A stretch of 64,000 bases of DNA from Felis catus (taxonomy: Eukaryota), in assembly GCF_018350175.1 (NCBI RefSeq), contig NC_058368.1, positions 73,658,001 to 73,722,000 of the forward strand. Reading direction: 5' to 3'. Under the pieces are notes generated by a model. That model had not been told where the DNA came from. It worked only from the letters and a program-made list of their open reading frames with translations, and searched no databases. The first letter of the stretch is position 1, and every line of letters begins with the position of its first letter. Both the position numbers and the translations under genes were made by a program. This document shows positions 12,503-25,135 of the stretch, piece by piece.

Positions 12503-15500
12503 ATTTTTTAAAAATTCTAGTATAGTTAACATATAGTGTTACATATTAGTTTCAGGTATACAATATAGTGATTCAATGATTCTATATGTTGCTCACTGCT
12601 CATCATGATAAATGGACTCTTAATCCCCTTCACCTATTTCACCCATCCCCCTACCTTCTCTTGTGTAACCATCAGTTTGTTCTCTATAGTTAAAAGTCTG
12701 TTTTTAGGGTTGCCTCTTTTTTTCTTTGTTCATTTGTTTTGTTTCTGAAGTTCCACATATGAGTGAAATCATATGGTATTTGTCTTTGACTGACTTATTT
12801 CACTTATCATTGTACACTCCAGACACATGCATATTGTTGCAAATGGCAAGATTTCATTCTTTTCTATGGATGAGTAATATTCCATTGTATCTATATCTAT
12901 ATCTATATCTATCATCACATCTTTTATATCCATTCATCTATTAATGGACACTTGGGTTACTTCCAAATCTTGTTTATTGTCAATAATGCTACAATAAACA
13001 TAGGAGTGCAAGTATCTTTTTGAATTAGTATTTTCATTTTCTTTGGGTAAATACCCAGTACTGAAATTACTGGCCCATATGATAATTCTATTTTTAACTC
13101 TTTGAGCAACCTCCATACTGTTTTCCACAATGGCTGCACCAGTTTGCATTCCCACCATCAGTGCACAAGGGTTCCTTTTTCTCCACATCCTTGCCAATAC
13201 TTGTTGTTTCTTGTGTTTTTGATTTTAGCCATTCTGTCAGGTGTGAGGTGGTATCTCATTGTGGTTTTAATTTGCATTTTCCTGATGATGAGTGATGTTG
13301 AGCCTCTTTTCATGTCTGTATGTCCTCTGCTCATTTTTTAAAATGCATTATTTATTTTTTGGTATTGAGTTGTATATGTTCTTTATATATTTTGGACACT
13401 AACCCTTTACCAGATACATAATTTGCAAATATCTTCTCCCATTTGGTAGGTTATCTTTTAGTTTTACTGATTCTTTCCTTTGTTGTGCAGAAGCTTTTTA
13501 TTCTGATGTAATCCCAATAGTTTAGTTTTGCTTTTGTTTCCCTTGCCATGGTAGACAAATCAAAAAAATGTTGCGATGGCCAATGCCAGAGAAATTACTA
13601 CCTGTGCTCTCTTCCAGGATTTTTTTTGGTTTCTGATCTCACATTTAGGTCCTTAATTTATTTTGAGCTTATTCTTGTGTGTGGTGTAAGAAAGTGATAG
13701 AGTTTCATTCTTTTGCATGAATGAAACTTTTTCAACACCATTTGTTGAAGAAACTGTCTCTTTCTCATTGTATATTCTTGCTTCCTTTGTCAAAGATCAA
13801 TTGACTGTATAATCATGGGTTTGTTTCTGAACTCTCTAATCTGTTCCGTTCATATATGTGTCTATTTTTGTAATAGTACCACATTGTTTTGATTACTATA
13901 GCTTTGTAGTATATCTTGAAATCTGGGATTATGATACCTTCAATTTTGTTTTTTTGAAGATTGCTTTGGCTATTAGGGCCTTTTGTGGTTCCATACAAAT
14001 TTTAAGATTATTCTGGTTCTGTGAAAAATACTGTTAGTATTTTGATAGGGATTGCATTAAATCTGTAGATTGCTTTGGGTAGTATGGACATTTTAACAAT
14101 ATTTTTTCTTCCAATCCATGAGCATGGAATGTCTTTCCATTTATTTTGTCATCTTCAATTTCTTTCGTCAATGTTTTTCAGAGTTCTCAGAGTAAAGTTT
14201 ATTCCTAGGTATTTTAATATTTTTGGTGTAATTATAAATGGGCTTGTTTTCTTTATTTCTTTTCTGCTACTTCCTTATTAGTGTGTAGAGATGTAATACA
14301 TTTATGTATATTGATTTTATATCCTGCAACATTATTGAATTCATTTGTCAGTTCTGGTTGTTTTTTGGTGGTCTTTTGGATTTTCTATATGTAGTATCAT
14401 GTCATCTGCAAATCATGAACATTTTACTTTTTCTTTATTAATTTGGATGCCTTTATTTATTTTTATTCTCCTATTGCTGTGGCTAGACTTCCAGTACTAT
14501 GTTGAATAAGAGTGGTGAGAGTGGACATCCTTGTCTTGTTCTTGATTTTAATGGAAAACCTCTCAGTTTTCCACCATTGAGTCTCATGTTAGCTATGGGT
14601 TTTTCTATATATGGCCTCTATTTTGTTGAGGTATGTTCCATCTAGACCTATTTTGTTGAGGGTTTTTACTATGAATGGATGTTGTACTTTGTCAAATGCT
14701 TTTTATGAATCTATTGAAATGATCGTATGGTTTTATCCTTTCTCTGGTTGATATGATGTATCATGTTGATTGATTTGCAAATATTGAACCATCCTTGCAT
14801 CCCAGGAATGAATCCCACTTGATTGTGGTGAATAATTTTTTTAGTGTCCTGTTGGATTTGGTTTGCTAATATTTTGTTGAGGATTTTTGCTTCTATGTTC
14901 ATCACAGATATTGGCTTGTAGTTCTTTTTTTCTGTAGTATCTTTTCCTGGCTTTAGTATCAGGGTAATGCTCTCCTCTTAGAATGAATTTGGAAGCTTTT
15001 CTTCCTCGTTTATTTTTTGGAATAGTTTGAAAAGAGTAGGCATTAACTCTCCTTTAAATGTTTGATAGAATTTACCTGGGAAGCTGTCTGGTCCTGGACT
15101 TTTGTTTTTTTGGGAGTTTTTTGATTACTGATTCAATTTTGTTGCTGGTCTGTTCCAATTTTCTGTTTCTTCCTGATTCAGTTTTGGGAGATTGTATGTT
15201 TGTTGGGATTTATCCATTTCTTCTAGTTGTCCAATTTGTTGGCATATAATTTTTTATAATATTCTCTTATAATATTTTGTATTTCTGTGGTGGTGTTGTT
15301 ATTTATCCTCTTTCATTTCTGATTTTGCTTATCTGAGTCCCCCCACCCCTCTCTCTTTTTAATGAGTCTAGCTAAAGATTTATCAACTTTGTTGATCTTT
15401 TCAAAGAAACAGCTCCTGGTTTCCTTGATCTATGATATTTTTTTTTAGTTTCTATTTTGTTTATTTCTTCTTTAATTTTCATATTTTCTTTTTTCTACTG

Positions 15501-18500
15501 TTTTTTTCTTCTTTTTTCTAGCTCCTTTAGGTGTAGAGTTAAGTTGTTTAGTTGAGATTTTTCTTGCTTCTTGATGTAGACCTGTATTGCTATAAACTTC
15601 CCTCTTAAAACAACATTTGCTGTATCCCAAAGATTTTAGACTGCTGTATTTTCATTTTCATTTGTCCCTGTGTATTTTTTTTATTTCTTCTTTAATTTCT
15701 TGGTTGACTCATTCACTGTCTAGTTATTTAACTAGTATGTTATTTAACGTCCATGTATTTGTGTTCTTCCTAGATTTTTTTCTTGTGTTGATTTCTAGTT
15801 TTATAGCATTGTGTTCAGAAAAGATGCATGTTCTGACTTTAATCTTTTTGAATTTGTTGAGACATGTTTTGTGGCTTAATACGTGATCTATTCTGGGAAA
15901 TGTTCCATGGGCACTTGAAAAGAATGTGTATACTGCTTTTTTAGGATGGGATGTTCTGAATATTTCTGTTAGATTCATCAGGTCAAATATATTGTTCAAA
16001 GTCGCTGTTTTCTTGTTGATTTTCTGTTTGGATGATCTACCCATTGGTGTAAGTGGGGTGTTAAAGTCCCGTACTCTTATCATATTACTATCAATTACTT
16101 CCTTTATGTTTGTTATTAGCTGCCTTATGTACTTGGGTGCTCCCATGATGGTGCATCCATATTTACAATTGTTATATCTTCTTACTGGATTGTTCCCTTT
16201 TTGATTATATAGTGTCCTTCTTTGTCTCTTGTTACAGTCTTTGTTTTAAAGTCTATTTTGTCCAACATAAATATTGCTATGCTGGCTTTCTGTTCACTTT
16301 CATTTGCATGATAAATCCTCTTGCATCCATTTACTTTCAATCTGCAGATGTCTATATGTGTGAAATGAGTCCCTTGTAGGCAGCATGTAGATGAATCTTG
16401 CTTTTTTTTTTTATTTATCCATTCCATCACCTTAGGTCTTTTGATTGGAGCGTTTAGTCCACTTACATCTGAAGTCATGTTTTTGAAAGTAATTATTGAT
16501 AGGGGTGTACTTATTGCCATTTTGTTAGTTGTTTTATGGTTGTTTTCGTAGTTCTATGTTCCTTTTCTTGCTATCTTCCCTAATGGTTTGCTGGCCTTTT
16601 TTAGTGATTTACTTGGAATCCTTTCTCTTTAAGTTTTGCATATCTATTACTGGTTTTTTAATTGTAATTACCATTAAGTTTGTATATAACATCTTATGCA
16701 TATAGCAGTCTATATTAAGTTGATGGTCACTTAAGTTTCAACCCATTTTTTACTCCCCATATTTTAGTTGATGGTGTCATGCTTTATATACTTTTATTTT
16801 TTGAATCTCTTGACTGATTTTTATAGATATGCTTATTTTTGTTGCTTTTGTGTTTCCTACTTTTCTTATTTTTAGTTATGGGTTTTCCTTTCCAGTCAAA
16901 GATCCCCTGTAACATTTATTTCAGGGCTGGTTCAGTGGCCATGGATTCCTTTAATTTTTGTTTTTCTGGGAAACTCTTTATCTCTCCTTCTATTCTCAAT
17001 GATAGCCTTGCTTGATAGAGTATTCTTGGTTGCAGGTTCCCTCCCCCATGCCAGAACTTTGAATATGTCATGCCTTCTGGTCTGTGAAGTTTCTGCTGAA
17101 AAATAAGCTGATAGTCTTAAGGGGTGTCCCTTTTATGTAACTTTTCTTTTGTATTGCTTCTTTTAAAATTCTCTCCTTATCACTAATTTTTGCCATTTTA
17201 TAAATTTTTTTTTCAAATTTTATTTTATTTTTGGGACAGAGAGAGAGAGAGCATGAACAGGGGAGGGGCAGAGAGAGAGGGAGACACAGAATCGGAAGCA
17301 GGCTCCAGGCTCCGAGCCATCAGCCCAGAGCCTGACGCGGGGCTCGAACTCACAGACCGCGAGATCGTGACCTGGCTGAAGTCGGACGCTTAACTGACTG
17401 CGCCACCCAGGCGCCCCTCCTAATTTTTGCCATTTTAATCACTATGTGTCCTGGTGTGATTCTCCTTGGGTTGACTTTGATAGGGGCTTTTTGTGCCTCC
17501 TGGATATGGATTTCTGTTTTCTTCTCCAGAGTTAGGAAGCTGTTATTCAGCTATTATGTCTTAAAATAAAATTTCTGTTCCCCTTTCTCTCTCTTCTCCT
17601 TCTGTGATCCCTATAAGACAAATGTTATTATGTGATGGTGTCGCTGAGTTCCCTAAGTCTATTTTTATTTTTTCTTCTTATTTTTATCTCTCTTGTTCAG
17701 CTTGATTGCTTTCCATGACTCTGTCCTCCAGGTTTCCAATCTGTTCTTCTGCTTCCTGTAGTCTACTATTTATTCTCTCTAGTGTATTTTGTTTCATTTG
17801 TTGAGTTCTTCATTTACGGAGTTCTTTTTTGTTTTCCATCTCTTTGTTAGGGGTCTCACTGAGGTCCTCCACTCTTCTCTTAAGCCCAAGTCCAGTGAGT
17901 ATCTTTATGACCATTACTTTAAATTCTCTATCAGGAATACTATTTATTTTTGTTTTGTTTAGCTCACTTGCTGTGATTTTGTCCTGTTCTTTCATTTGGG
18001 ACATATTCCTCTGTCTCCTCATGTTGTCTAAGTCTTCCTGTCTTTTTCTCTGTGTTAGGAAAATCAGCTATATCTCCTGCTCTTGAAAGTAAAGGCCTTT
18101 ATGAAGAAGTGGTCCCCTAGTGCCTTGCAGTGCCATGTCTTCTGTTACCTGGAATCCGGTGCTTCAGGGTGTCTCCTATGTGTGTTGCATCTGCCCTACT
18201 GTGTGGCTGAGCTGCTTTCACCCTCAGCCCAGGCCTCTGTAATGGATCTCTTTGCCTGTGCTGGTAGTGGGCCAGTCTGGGGCTGTCTTGGGTTTGAGTT
18301 GAGTCAAGCCAGGTGTTTGCCAGAGAGCATGCAGTAGCACTGAACCGCAAGGTGATTTCCCTTTGTTGTCCAGGGACAACATTGGTGGGGCCTTAGTCAG
18401 ACTGATGTGTATGGTTATCTTTCCCTCTTTCCAGGTGGGAGTCATTCTGACACCTGTCACATATGCTTACACACTGCTGAGCTTGTGGCACTGTTGTGGA

Positions 18501-19440
18501 TGGGCTCCAGCCCAGTGCATAGTAGAGGGGGCAGGTCTATAGTAGAACCTGGGGTTGGTGCATGTGGTGTCAGCGGGGTCCGGGCTGGCAGGCGGGAAAC
18601 CGCTAGGGGCTGAAGCAGGCCAGGTTAGAAGAGGTAGATCTGCAGAAGCTACGCAGGTGGTAGGACATGTGGTGTTAGCAAAGTTTGTGTTGGTTTGTTG
18701 TGGGAGGGGACCTGGAGCAGAGGCTGGGCTGCAGGGAGCATGTCTGCAGCAGAATGTGGGCATGGGGTGGACTTACAGTATGTTAGGTGGTGAGTGTAAG
18801 TGCTGACTGTGTTCATCCTGGGGGGTAAAGAAGGGAAATGGTACCTGGCATCTCCTTTGTCCCTGGAGAAATCTTCCAAGATCTCTGATCCTCCAGCACA
18901 TGCTCTGAAATGAATAAACAAATCTTCATCTTGCAAATCCCAGGTATTTTTCAAACTGCTGCTTCTATGCTGTATCTCTGTGGGGCTGTTTGTTGTACTG
19001 TCTCTTTAAGGGTGGGGACTCAGTTTCCTCTCACCTTCCAGGCTTTCCCAGGAGCCTGGTGACTTTTTTAAAGTTCCAGGTGTTAAGCCCTGCTGATTGT
19101 AAAAATTCTTGAAATTTGGCCCCTCTGGTTTTCAAAGCCAAATGTTATGGGGTTTGTCTTCCCTGTGCCTGGGGTATGTGTGGGTGTCTATTTCTTTCCC
19201 CTCTCCACCCTGCCATCTCTCCCTCTTGCAGATAGCCCTCTGGGGCCATTTAACTCCCAACGGTGCCTCCACCCTTCCTACCCTTTTCCATGTGGACTCT
19301 TCTCTACATTTAGCTGTGGACAGTTTGTTCTGCCAGCCCTTGGCTTGTTCACTGGATTATTTACACTGATGCGGGTGTCATCTAGTTGCATTTGTGGGAC
19401 AAGGTGAGCCTAAGGTCCTGAACTCCACTGTCTTCCCTGG
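12503..19440 (-). mobile_element. Essentially full-length, decayed carnivore L1 (5'UTR, ORF1, ORF2, 3'UTR), interrupted by a SINE
   Basis: ORF1 starts at 18022 (MRRQRNMSQMKEQDK..PDREFKVMVIKIL). ORF2 endonuclease starts at 16520 (LSIIT..GLNAPIKR; YTFFSSAHGTFPRIDH). RT segment [24 protein letters not shown] and C-terminal [19 protein letters not shown] follow. GC-richer 5'UTR at about 18100-19440. Many stops and frameshifts. Confidence 0.95.
17201..17417 (-). mobile_element. Young felid CAN-SINE inserted in L1 ORF1
   Basis: Near-consensus. 18-bp TSD ctaatttttgccatttta at 17183-17200 and 17420-17437. Confidence 0.97.
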
Positions 19441-21409
19441 AATCTAAAATATGACTTCTCACATTGATCATAACTTCATTGAGGCTGGGAATTGTTGATT
19501 TTCATCTTTCTGTAGATGTGAGCCTAATAAGCACAAACAATTTAGGGATAGGTGTGGCAGTGAGTCCTCATACATGCACACTGGTGAAGAGGGCTTTGCA
19601 GCTGAGGATTATCCTGGCTAGATCAAAACTAATGCTCACACAAATGAAGAAACAAGGCCCATGAGCCAGAGAGACACAGAAGTTATTTGGGGGACAGGGA
19701 CAGAAAAGTCACCTATGTGCTTTAAACTCTTTTATTGATTTCAGCCTAAATTTCTAACTCCTTGGCATCACATTTTCAATAACAAAATATTAATTTGTTA
19801 AAATCCGGAGAATTATATGAAATAAATGCCACTCACTATAAGAAGCTCAAAAAATGGAAATAAATTAACATTGTAAAACTTGAGTAATGATTTCATTAAA
19901 GAAAAACTATAGTGACAAACATGCCTGCATTTCAACTTAAATGTATAACTTATATAAGCAGAATATTATCTGTGTTTAGTATATTGTTTTATTTTATATA
20001 ATCCTCAGGATTTCAGTAATTTCATTATTGTCTGATAAGCCATTTAAACATTTCTTTTGTATTTGTATGTTTTTCTAATAAACTTTTAAATCCTTTGAGT
20101 GAAATGGATTGGTGGTAAAGAATTTCATAGACATCAGCAAATATACTTAAAATTGTATATCATCGTATCAACTAAAAGGTGAAAAGTTCATTTACTTATT
20201 TAATAAATATCGATTGACTGTCTTCCTTCCCTATGATAGCTCCATGCTAGGGATGATTCAAGGGTGAATTTATAGACACCAGTGAGCCAATATGTTGAAT
20301 CTTTGCCATTCAATAGGTAATGAAAAATTTTCCAAATATTTTTGGCCAAGAGAGCTTTTCAGTGTGAGAAATAGCAATTTTTCTTACAATTTTAAGGAAA
20401 TGATACTTACATTTATATTGTAGTGTGACCTTGTAACAATGATTAAACCCTTGTTTCAGCTAAAAAGTGATCAACAGTCAAAGGATTACAATCAAAGGGT
20501 TGTCGATTTTGTCCTAATTGGTTTCCTATTCCTTTCAGTTTTAGGGTTGAAGGACCTTGCATAGGTGTTTCTGAAATGTGTATGTATGATATATATATAT
20601 ATTCATATGATACACATATTGTTACATATGTTGTATATCTTTCTACATGGGACTAATATAAGTATGCTATGCTCCATTTTCAGTGACCTGGCGTGTAATA
20701 AAACTCTAAGTGCACTCTTTTGGCAAAGTAAACAATGTCTGAATCAAATATATATATATGCATAGTGAATTGATATCTTGGAACAGTTTAGTCAACTAGA
20801 GATGTAGATGTATGACTAAAATACTTAAATGTTCCTGTGCAATTAATATTTGATTTATTAATTTGTAGGTCATCAGAGCAGAGAACAGATACACACAAAC
20901 CTTTATGGAATTTCACTTATTTTAGGTTATGACGGTTTAGGACTACAGAATCCTAATTCTACAGACACATTTTAAGGCAAATCCAGCCAACGATTAATTT
21001 TATTCAATTATCGTTTCATTTGTTTGCTTATAATGCCATAGTGATTTTTAAATGGATTATACAAACATCACTCATATCAGGAGGAGCAGAACAATGAGTC
21101 TGGTAAATAATTGTTAATCAGAGTTCCTCAAACAAAGGATACCTGATCAGATTAGCTTGGTCTAGGGTGCATGCTGCTGACTTTCCCCTTTGGTGATTCA
21201 AAATATTTTTTTACCATTTTGAAGTATCAAGAAGGGCTTCAGTGAAAAAACAGCAGCAACAACAACAACAACTCAAACACCAAAACCTATTGAACTTTCC
21301 TTTCAGTTAAGAAACTAAGGAAAGTCTATTTTTATTGGCATAGCAATTAACATGACACAGAACAGTTTTTCTTCATCAGTTTGGTTGGAAAACTTGTTCT
21401 ACTTGAATT

Positions 21410-21625
21410 GTTTTTAAAATTTATTTTTAAATGTTTATTTTTGAGAGAGACAGGGAGACAGAGCATGAGCAGAGGAAAGGCAGAGAGGGAGATACAGAAT
21501 CTGAAGCAGGCTCCAGGCTCTGAGCTGTCAGCACAGAGCCCCACGTGGGGTTTGGACTCATGAACCATGAGATTACCACCTGAGCCAAAGTCAGACGCTT
21601 AACGGACTGAGCCACCCAGGCACCC
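21410..21625 (-). mobile_element. CAN-SINE
   Basis: Typical body. TSD tctacttgaatt at 21398-21409 and 21628-21639. Confidence 0.95.
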
Positions 21626-21745
21626 TGTCTACTTGAATTTTTGTAAATGTATTTTGTGGTTATTTCTTCTTTCCCATCCATATGGTCTTTACTTTGTGTT
21701 CTAGAATGCCTTTGAGGCTAACTTACACAAAGCCTGCCTGTTTTA

Positions 21746-21912
21746 GGGGTGCCTGGGTGGCTCAGTGGGTTGAGCGTCCAACTTTGGCTCAGGTTGTAAT
21801 CTCATGGTTCACAAGTTGGAGCCCCACGTTGGGCCCTGTGCTGATACCTCAGAGACTGGATCCTGCTTTGGATTCTGTGTCTCCCTCTCTCTCTGCCCCT
21901 CCCCCACTCACG

Positions 21913-21958
<46 letters not shown>

Positions 21959-21990
21959 AATAAATAAACACTAAAAAAAAGAAAAACAAA
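21746..21990 (+). mobile_element. CAN-SINE
   Basis: ggggtgcctgggtggctcag head, (CT)n tract, aaataaa and A tail. Confidence 0.95.
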
Positions 21991-22016
21991 ACTCTACGTA
22001 TTTTAGATCAGGTGGG

Positions 22017-22551
22017 TGTCAGGACTCTGAAATAATTCCCTTGAACCCATCTAAATATCAAGAACTCTGATAGCTCTTAGATTTTACCCTACTTTCACAC
22101 TAACACATTAGTCCTCTATAGTTTCATGGATTTGATAGAAGACATGACACTCCCAGGTAAGAGACAAAGGACTTTATTACTCCCCATAGAGCAAGCAGCA
22201 TGCACATCATGCTCATGTCATCTACTTTCGCACCCCCAAGCACCATGGGTGCAACACATGGCCCTAGATGCTGCATATGTACTGGGTTTGCTTCAAGCGA
22301 GGAAACCCGAGCTTAGGAAACCTCTTTTACAATAGATGGGATGCCAGAAAAGCTGCCCATTTTTTCCCCAGGAGGGAGACACTAATTTTGTTATACTACA
22401 CAACAAACATTTCTTCCCTCTGCTGTAGAAGAAGACATTATTTCTATCTTCCAAAGCTGTTCACTGTATAAACATCCTTGAAAAGAGAGAAAAGGTTGTC
22501 AGTGCCTCTGTGAAGAAGATGTACAGAAATGAGACTCATGCAGACCCAGCA
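22017..22551 (-). mobile_element. ERVL solo LTR (MER76-like)
   Basis: Reverse complement cagaggcactgac..cttttcaaggatgtttatacagtgaacagctttggaagataga..cctaagctcgggtttcctc. Confidence 0.7.
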
Positions 22552-22913
22552 CTAAAATCTGTGTTACCACTTACATGCTGTTCCTTGAATTACTGCAACG
22601 ACTTGCACATTCTATGATTATAGTGCTTCTTGAACTGCTCTAAGCATTACTTTTCTGAAGGGACTCTGTCTTTACTTCTGTATTTACCGCATCCAGCTGC
22701 ATGCCAGGTGTGTAGTAGGTATTTGGCAAAACTCTTGATGTACAGGCTGGTGTCCTTGAAATATTTTCTGGATCAGTCTTCAAGTTTATCGTCCCAGCTA
22801 CCCTAGGAGAAGGGACAGAAAAATGGGATAAGTGGGATTCACTAAAAGTCTCCGGTGGCTTTAGTCACTCGGGGATGTTTTCCTTCAAGTTCTAGTATTG
22901 TAGCAGCTTTGGT

Positions 22914-24045
22914 AGAGGTAGCGGGACTTAGCAATCAATGGCTACTAGGACAGAGTGGGACCATAGCCACTGGAGTGCTAGTAGTCAGACAAACATGTCA
23001 GGACAGTGGTGGCAATCAACCACAGTGCCAGGGACAGAGCCTCAATACCAACAGCAGACATGCGAGACTTTAGGCTGTACAACATCTGAATAGAATCTCA
23101 AAAGATGTTTAGGAGTTTCCTGGTCACAAAAATGGAAAGGGGAAATGGAATCCCATGTGGGAAAGAATAGAGATACAAATGTTGCAAGTTGGGGGAAACC
23201 CCAAGTAATTATATATGTGTGTGTATACATATATGTGTACACACACATATATACGTGTACACATATATGTATGTGTATACATATATATGTATACATGTGT
23301 ATACATATATGTGTACACACATATATATGTATATATACACACATATATATGTATACATACATATATATATGTATACATGTGTATACATATATGTGTACAC
23401 ACACATATATACGTGTACACATATATGTATGTGTATACATATATATGTATACATGTGTATACATATATGTGCACACACATATATATGTATATATACACAC
23501 ATATATATGTATACATACATATATATATGTATACATGTGTATACATATATGTGTACACACACATATATACGTGTACACATATATGTATGTGTATACATAT
23601 ATATGTATATATGTATGTGTATACATATATATGTATACATGTGTATACATATATGTGTACACACATATATGTATATATACACACATATATATGTATACAT
23701 ACATATATATATGTATACATGTGTATACATATATGTGTACACACACATATATAATTACTTGGGGTTTCCCCCAACTTGCAACATTTGTATCTCTATTCTT
23801 TCCCACATGGGATTCCATTTCCCCTTTCCATTTTTGTGACCAGGAAACTCCTAAACATCTTTTGAGATTCTATTCAGATGTTGTACAGCCTAAAGTCTCG
23901 CATGTCTGCTGTTGGTATTGAGGCTCTGTCCCTGGCACTGTGGTTGATTGCCACCACTGTCCTGACATGTTTGTCTGACTACCAGCACTCCAGTGGCTAT
24001 GGTCCCACTCTGTCCTAGTAGCCATTGATTGCTAAGTCCCGCTAC

Positions 24046-24049
<4 letters not shown>
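22914..24049. repeat. Long inverted duplication (palindrome): about 300-bp unique arms around a low-complexity core
   Basis: 22914-~23225 is the reverse complement of ~23738-24049 (paired coordinates sum to 46963). One mismatch seen (22980 vs 23983). The ORF track shows mirror ORFs. Confidence 0.97.
23211..23752. repeat. (TA/CA/TG) alternating purine-pyrimidine tract arranged as about 3.4 direct copies of a 158-bp unit
   Basis: Marker acgtgtac recurs at 23253, 23411 and 23569. Confidence 0.9.
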
Positions 24050-24080
<31 letters not shown>

Positions 24081-24298
24081 CACACACACATATACACATA
24101 CACACACACATGTACACACACACACATACACACATTATATATATATAAATATGAATCTTATATATCTTTATATATCTCTTTAATATTTATACGTGTCATA
24201 TACATATATACATGTGTACACACACATATATATATGTATATGACATGTATAAATATATGTGTACACATATATATATGTATATGACATGTATAAATATT
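24046..24298. repeat. Compound (CT)n(TA)n(CA)n microsatellite with a short (~41-bp) tandem duplication
   Basis: Direct reading; acatatatatatgtatatgacatgtataaatat occurs twice. Confidence 0.9.
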
Positions 24299-24924
24299 GA
24301 GAGTTGGGGCAACTCAAAAAGAAACTAGCCAGAGCCTAGGTCCTGTAGGACACCTACCAGCACTTCTGAAGGGAGAAAGGATCATTCTTAGTTCAGCAAC
24401 TCTTTGCCAGGAGTCCCTAGGGAGATGAGTGCAATTGGGAATAAGTGTGTTTAGAAACTGTCAAAACAATCCAAGGGAGTATTTATATCTATTAAATCTA
24501 ATAATAGAAATCTTCGGTTTGTGTTTTCTGTTTGTTTTTTTACATGAAAAATTTCCAATAATTATTTTCATTGCGTTTTACAAATATATGTTCTGTTATT
24601 GATATTTGGTTGGGAAATGCACTGGTTCTTAATCCTAAATAGTTTGGGAAGACAGCTACAGGTGAAGCTTTTAGTAGGGAAATGTTGTCTGGGACTTTCC
24701 CACTTGCACTGGTTTCTCCGGTGGGGATGAGGGAGGATGGTTTTGAGGAAGCCACACTAGAGGCTGGGTTTCAGTTAGGTGTTATTGGTGCTGGTGCCCT
24801 CGGGGAAGGTAAGATCTGGACCTTACCTGGTCCTGCTCCTGGTCCGAGGGAGCAGCAAGCAGAGATGGTAAGGAAAGAATGTATTCAAGGTGGCGGGGGG
24901 GGGGGACGGCGGCGATAGGAATGG

Positions 24925-25135
24925 CTAACCCTTATTAAAGCCTTTGGCAGGTACCAAGCACAGGCTAAGTGCTTTCTGTGGGTTTCCTCATTTGATCCTC
25001 CAACGCCTCTTAAGGCAGCACCTCACCCCCATTTTATAGGCGAGGAAACTAAGAGAAATTAAGGACCTTGTGTATGGCCACACAGTGAGTAGGTGGTAGA
25101 GATGAAATTGGAATCCAGGTATTCCAGTCAAGTTG
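24925..25135 (-). mobile_element. MIR SINE
   Basis: ccccattttataggcgaggaaactaag core. Confidence 0.8.

Noticed and set aside
23042..23921. Six long mirror-image ORFs (179-258 aa) rich in C/V/Y/I/H/T/M
   Set aside because: Strictly alternating RY sequence cannot contain stop codons, and the symmetry comes from the palindrome; these are not genes.
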